DNA of 64,000 nt from positions 1 through 64,000 of the forward strand of contig JAQGDQ010000186.1 in NCBI GenBank assembly GCA_030141605.1. The letters are read 5' to 3'. The notes below the pieces were generated by a model. The model did not search any database, was not told where the DNA came from, and worked only from the letters and a program-made list of their open reading frames with translations. Each line of letters opens with the position of its first letter. The stretch's first letter is position 1. The position numbers and the translations under genes were made by a program. The DNA comes from Tubiluchus corallicola. Its lineage: Eukaryota; Animalia; Priapulida. Shown one piece after another: positions 60,698 through 64,000 of the stretch.

Positions 60698-62192
60698 TTA
60701 GATATCACCATCAGGTAAAGAAGGCGCCCCTAGCTGTCCAGGTAAAGGTAAATCATCCTCATTGATTTCAGCAAAACATCCGTTAAACAACACAGTTTCT
60801 GAAACTAAAGAAAAGTTGCTGCTGTTTCCGCTTGTCTCCTGTTGTGGGTATCTGAATCCTGCAAACAAATAAGTTCTTTACTTTATAAATAAAACCAAAA
60901 CTGCCTCTATGCCAACTATTTCCCATATCTATTGTGCCAACATTCTGTAAAACACTATTTATCCCCAGTCCCCACTTGGAAACTGCACCTGGGTCACGAT
61001 CAAAAAAAGGTGATAATTGATTCATCAATATAATAATGATTCAAGCTATCATAATTTGAGCTGGTTAAATTTCACAATATCATGATAATATGCTAGTTGC
61101 AATACAATAAGAATTTCTAGCATATCATGAAATCTTCCTTGACGGTTGGTTATTTATGTTGTCTCACTTGTCTAAAAAATAGTCATTTCTGGGTAAAATA
61201 GAATTGTTGATATATTTATATGCCTTCATTTTGAAAACATTTACAGCTGACTACAGCTCAAAGTTGAATTGTAATTGCTTCTCTTATCATATATTCATCA
61301 ATTTTTGTTCCAACTATTGCTCTCGAAAATTTATTCCTATGGAATAGTCATGCAGTTTTACCAACATCACATTATGCACCTACATCCATGTGAACATAGA
61401 AAATAAAGAAAATCAGTATGTATCACAAACACAAAAATAACCAGTAAATACGAAAACTATGTATATCACAAACTATGTATATCAAAACTTGAAAGACATA
61501 TATAACCAGAAAATACCACTTTCCAAAACACACACACATATATACATGCACATTCGCATGCATTCGCACTCACACCTTGACATAAACACACATACACAAC
61601 CTCTTACAAGCACACATACACACACATATTTGGAAAGTAGTAATTCTGTCTCTTTTTGACTTTTTAATTTTTGATACATGTTTGACTTGGGTTCAGCTGA
61701 GTGGCTCATGACCTATAAGACTCACTATAGGCTGTCTCATTTGTGATACTGATTGAGAGGGTGCATATGCATTTAAGATTTCAAATGTGTGTGTGCATTT
61801 CTACACAGCACACAATTACAGCTATGGTAGGTCTGACACGGCAAAGCACAAAGCATATTAAAAATTTTGTGTACCATCAAGAACTGCCATATGCCTGTAT
61901 ATGTACTGCATTTGGTTTTTTACCATGCCATCAACTGTCGAACCTTTCCTCAAAGCAGTGACTCACTATAGATCATTTGCGTGTAGCATTGCAACTATTC
62001 TGCATATAACTATATCATAATTATTTATAAAACATCATACTTACCTCCAACCATTTTGTTTTTCTTTTTTTCAAATGCAACTAGAATTTTAGTAAGTAAT
62101 TCTGTATGAGTTCTGTCATCCTGAATTGCTTCACAGAAATACATGAATCCTCGAAAACCCCTTTGTTTTAGGATATCTAAAAACCGGTTTAC
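60698..62192 (-). CDS. BCL10: BCL10-like CARD adaptor, last two coding exons (5' exons not found in window)
   Basis: Exon 62192-62045 encodes VNRFLDILKQRGFRGFMYFCEAIQDDRTHTELLTKILVAFEKKKNKMVG (CARD helices 4-6; compare human KLLDYLQENPKGLDTLVESIRREKTQNFLIQKI). Exon 60858-60698 joins in phase 1 and ends DDLPLPGQLGAPSLPDGDI*, matching human LPRPGDPGAPPLPPD. Canonical splice sites. Confidence 0.85.
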
Positions 62193-64000
62193 CTGAAAGT
62201 TTCAATAATTTTTAATCAAATGCAATGAGTACCTGCAGCTTTGGATAATCTATGCAATTTTGGTGAAAGATTACTACTCCGTAGATTGTAATAGGCAAAC
62301 ACCAAACTTCAAACAAACCACGGAGCTGTTTAGCTACTCAAAATTCTTCGTCAATATTTTCTGATGTAAGTATAATGTTAGAAAACATTAAATCCCAGAC
62401 ATAACTATGATTTAAAGCTATTTAGCCTTGCTTGGAAATTCATTTACTGATCGTGAAAGGACATATTACTAGAGCAATATATATTTGCCTTCCTCGAATA
62501 GACAAATTACCTTTGCAGGTATCTCAGGCAACTACCCCTCCCAATCAGATTAGCCATCTTGGGATCCACAGCTACTAATTTTGATGAATAAACTAGGAAC
62601 TAATGTGTTCTTTAAACTTAATTGTTTCATATAGGCTATAACTTACAATCTCTCATAATTGTCTTCTCAAGAAGTTTAGCATGATAGGCTTTGATTTCTA
62701 ATCACTCTAAATTTGGTGGACATAGAACTGCTGTAGAAACTTTATAGCATACTAAGGAAGTTTTGAAGAACTTGTAAGAAATTTGTAGCAGTTGTAGAAA
62801 GATAATTTTTGATTGAAGTTAAAGATCTAGCTGGTTCACTCTGGTGATTAGAATAAAGTATATGAAACAAGTGTTGAACTGTAAAGCTTTTGTTTATAAT
62901 AGTAACACATCCTTCACACTATGTACAGGGAAAAGAGATACACATGCAGATGGTGTCAACTCAGTAGTAATAAGCCAATCAGCCCACAGGCAGGCCCTGG
63001 CAGAGCACTTGTATCTGCTGGGCCCTCCTGACTGGGCAGAGAATCTCAATAGCCAAGTATATGACCATATATGGGAAGCTTAGCAGATACAGGTGACTGA
63101 GCAGCACAGACCAAGGCAATCCTAGTTTAAAATTGGGTGGAATGATAATAATAAACAAATTGAAATGTAGGTAACACCACATGTTCAATTATTTTGTAGT
63201 AGTAGTTTATAAGCATTGAATACATGAAGCACGAGTGAAAATGCGTGGCAAATGCCTTCTTCCAAATTCCACGCAAGAACTCACTAATAATATTTTGATA
63301 AGCTTGCGACTCACCAACAAATATTATGGTCTTTGGGCACTTCAATATCCAGCTTCTCCAAATTGTTCATCAAACAGTCATCTGTTAGGAAAAAACTGCT
63401 TGGAGTCCCTTCTTGATGATACACTCAAGATTATATATCTCTTTTGGAGTTTTTAAAGCTGCAGATGACATCATTGCCTACGTTCTGTCTTTTGGTCCAA
63501 GCTGAGCATAGATCAATTCATATCATCAAGTACCTTTGTGCTTAAACCTATTTTCAAAACTTCCATTCGCTCTTTTGTGTGCACTTATCAATGCCCAAAG
63601 AAAACATTTTTGAAACTTGCTAAAACATCATGGCTTTGATGAGTCACATCATTTATTTCACGATGCTACCGATCATCAGTAATGTCTTTGAAGCCACAAT
63701 GAATGAGAATTTACTGAGACTAAGTTATAGCTATTGATATATCCAGGTTTTAGTATGGGGGACAGGACATTTGAGTGTGGAAAATTGGGCGATGGCTCAT
63801 TTGAGCATGAGACATTTCGATGCCAATGCGCACACAAATTGTATTACGTTAATCGCGGAAGAAATATATTAATATTGTGAAATGCTAAAAATCTCATGGT
63901 TTAGTAGTAGTGTGTTGTCTATTACATCGTCACATCTCAACAATTAAAGATTGTGTTTTCACAAGAGGAGTATGAAATCAATGTTCTTTAAGGCCCTGTA

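Noticed and set aside
63127-63700. Coding-like minus-strand patches as upstream BCL10 exons or a transposase relic
   Set aside because: No N-terminal CARD pattern and the frames are interrupted by stops. Any transposase resemblance is too weak to call without a search.

Overview
AT-rich, intron-rich invertebrate metazoan DNA. A scabrous-type gene together with a BCL10 orthologue suggests a protostome, probably a lophotrochozoan (inference). Hand-spliced, phase-consistent models give six genes: (1) an unrecognised 7-exon gene for a putatively secreted ~291-aa protein (+, 2062-5935); (2) ANKRD39 (-, 4 exons, 181 aa); (3) XRCC2 (+, 3 exons, 301 aa), head-to-head with ANKRD39; (4) a 24-exon, ~1360-aa TBC1D2-like Rab-GAP (-, 24271-59571) with PH, coiled-coil and TBC domains plus an extra C-terminal JIP3/ARHGEF10-like beta-propeller and one GC-AG intron; (5) a scabrous-like fibrinogen-domain gene (+, 8 exons, ~1133 aa) nested antisense in intron 13 of the Rab-GAP; (6) the last two exons of a BCL10 orthologue (-), which the ORF track misses. 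Non-autonomous transposons include a hAT element, two foldback elements, a tRNA-SINE, a LINE 3' end and a 930-bp TGT...ACA element with a 5-bp TSD ending 11 bp before the XRCC2 start codon. Recent tandem duplications, a 58-bp perfect palindrome and microsatellites are also present. No database search was possible; all homology calls are from recognised motifs.
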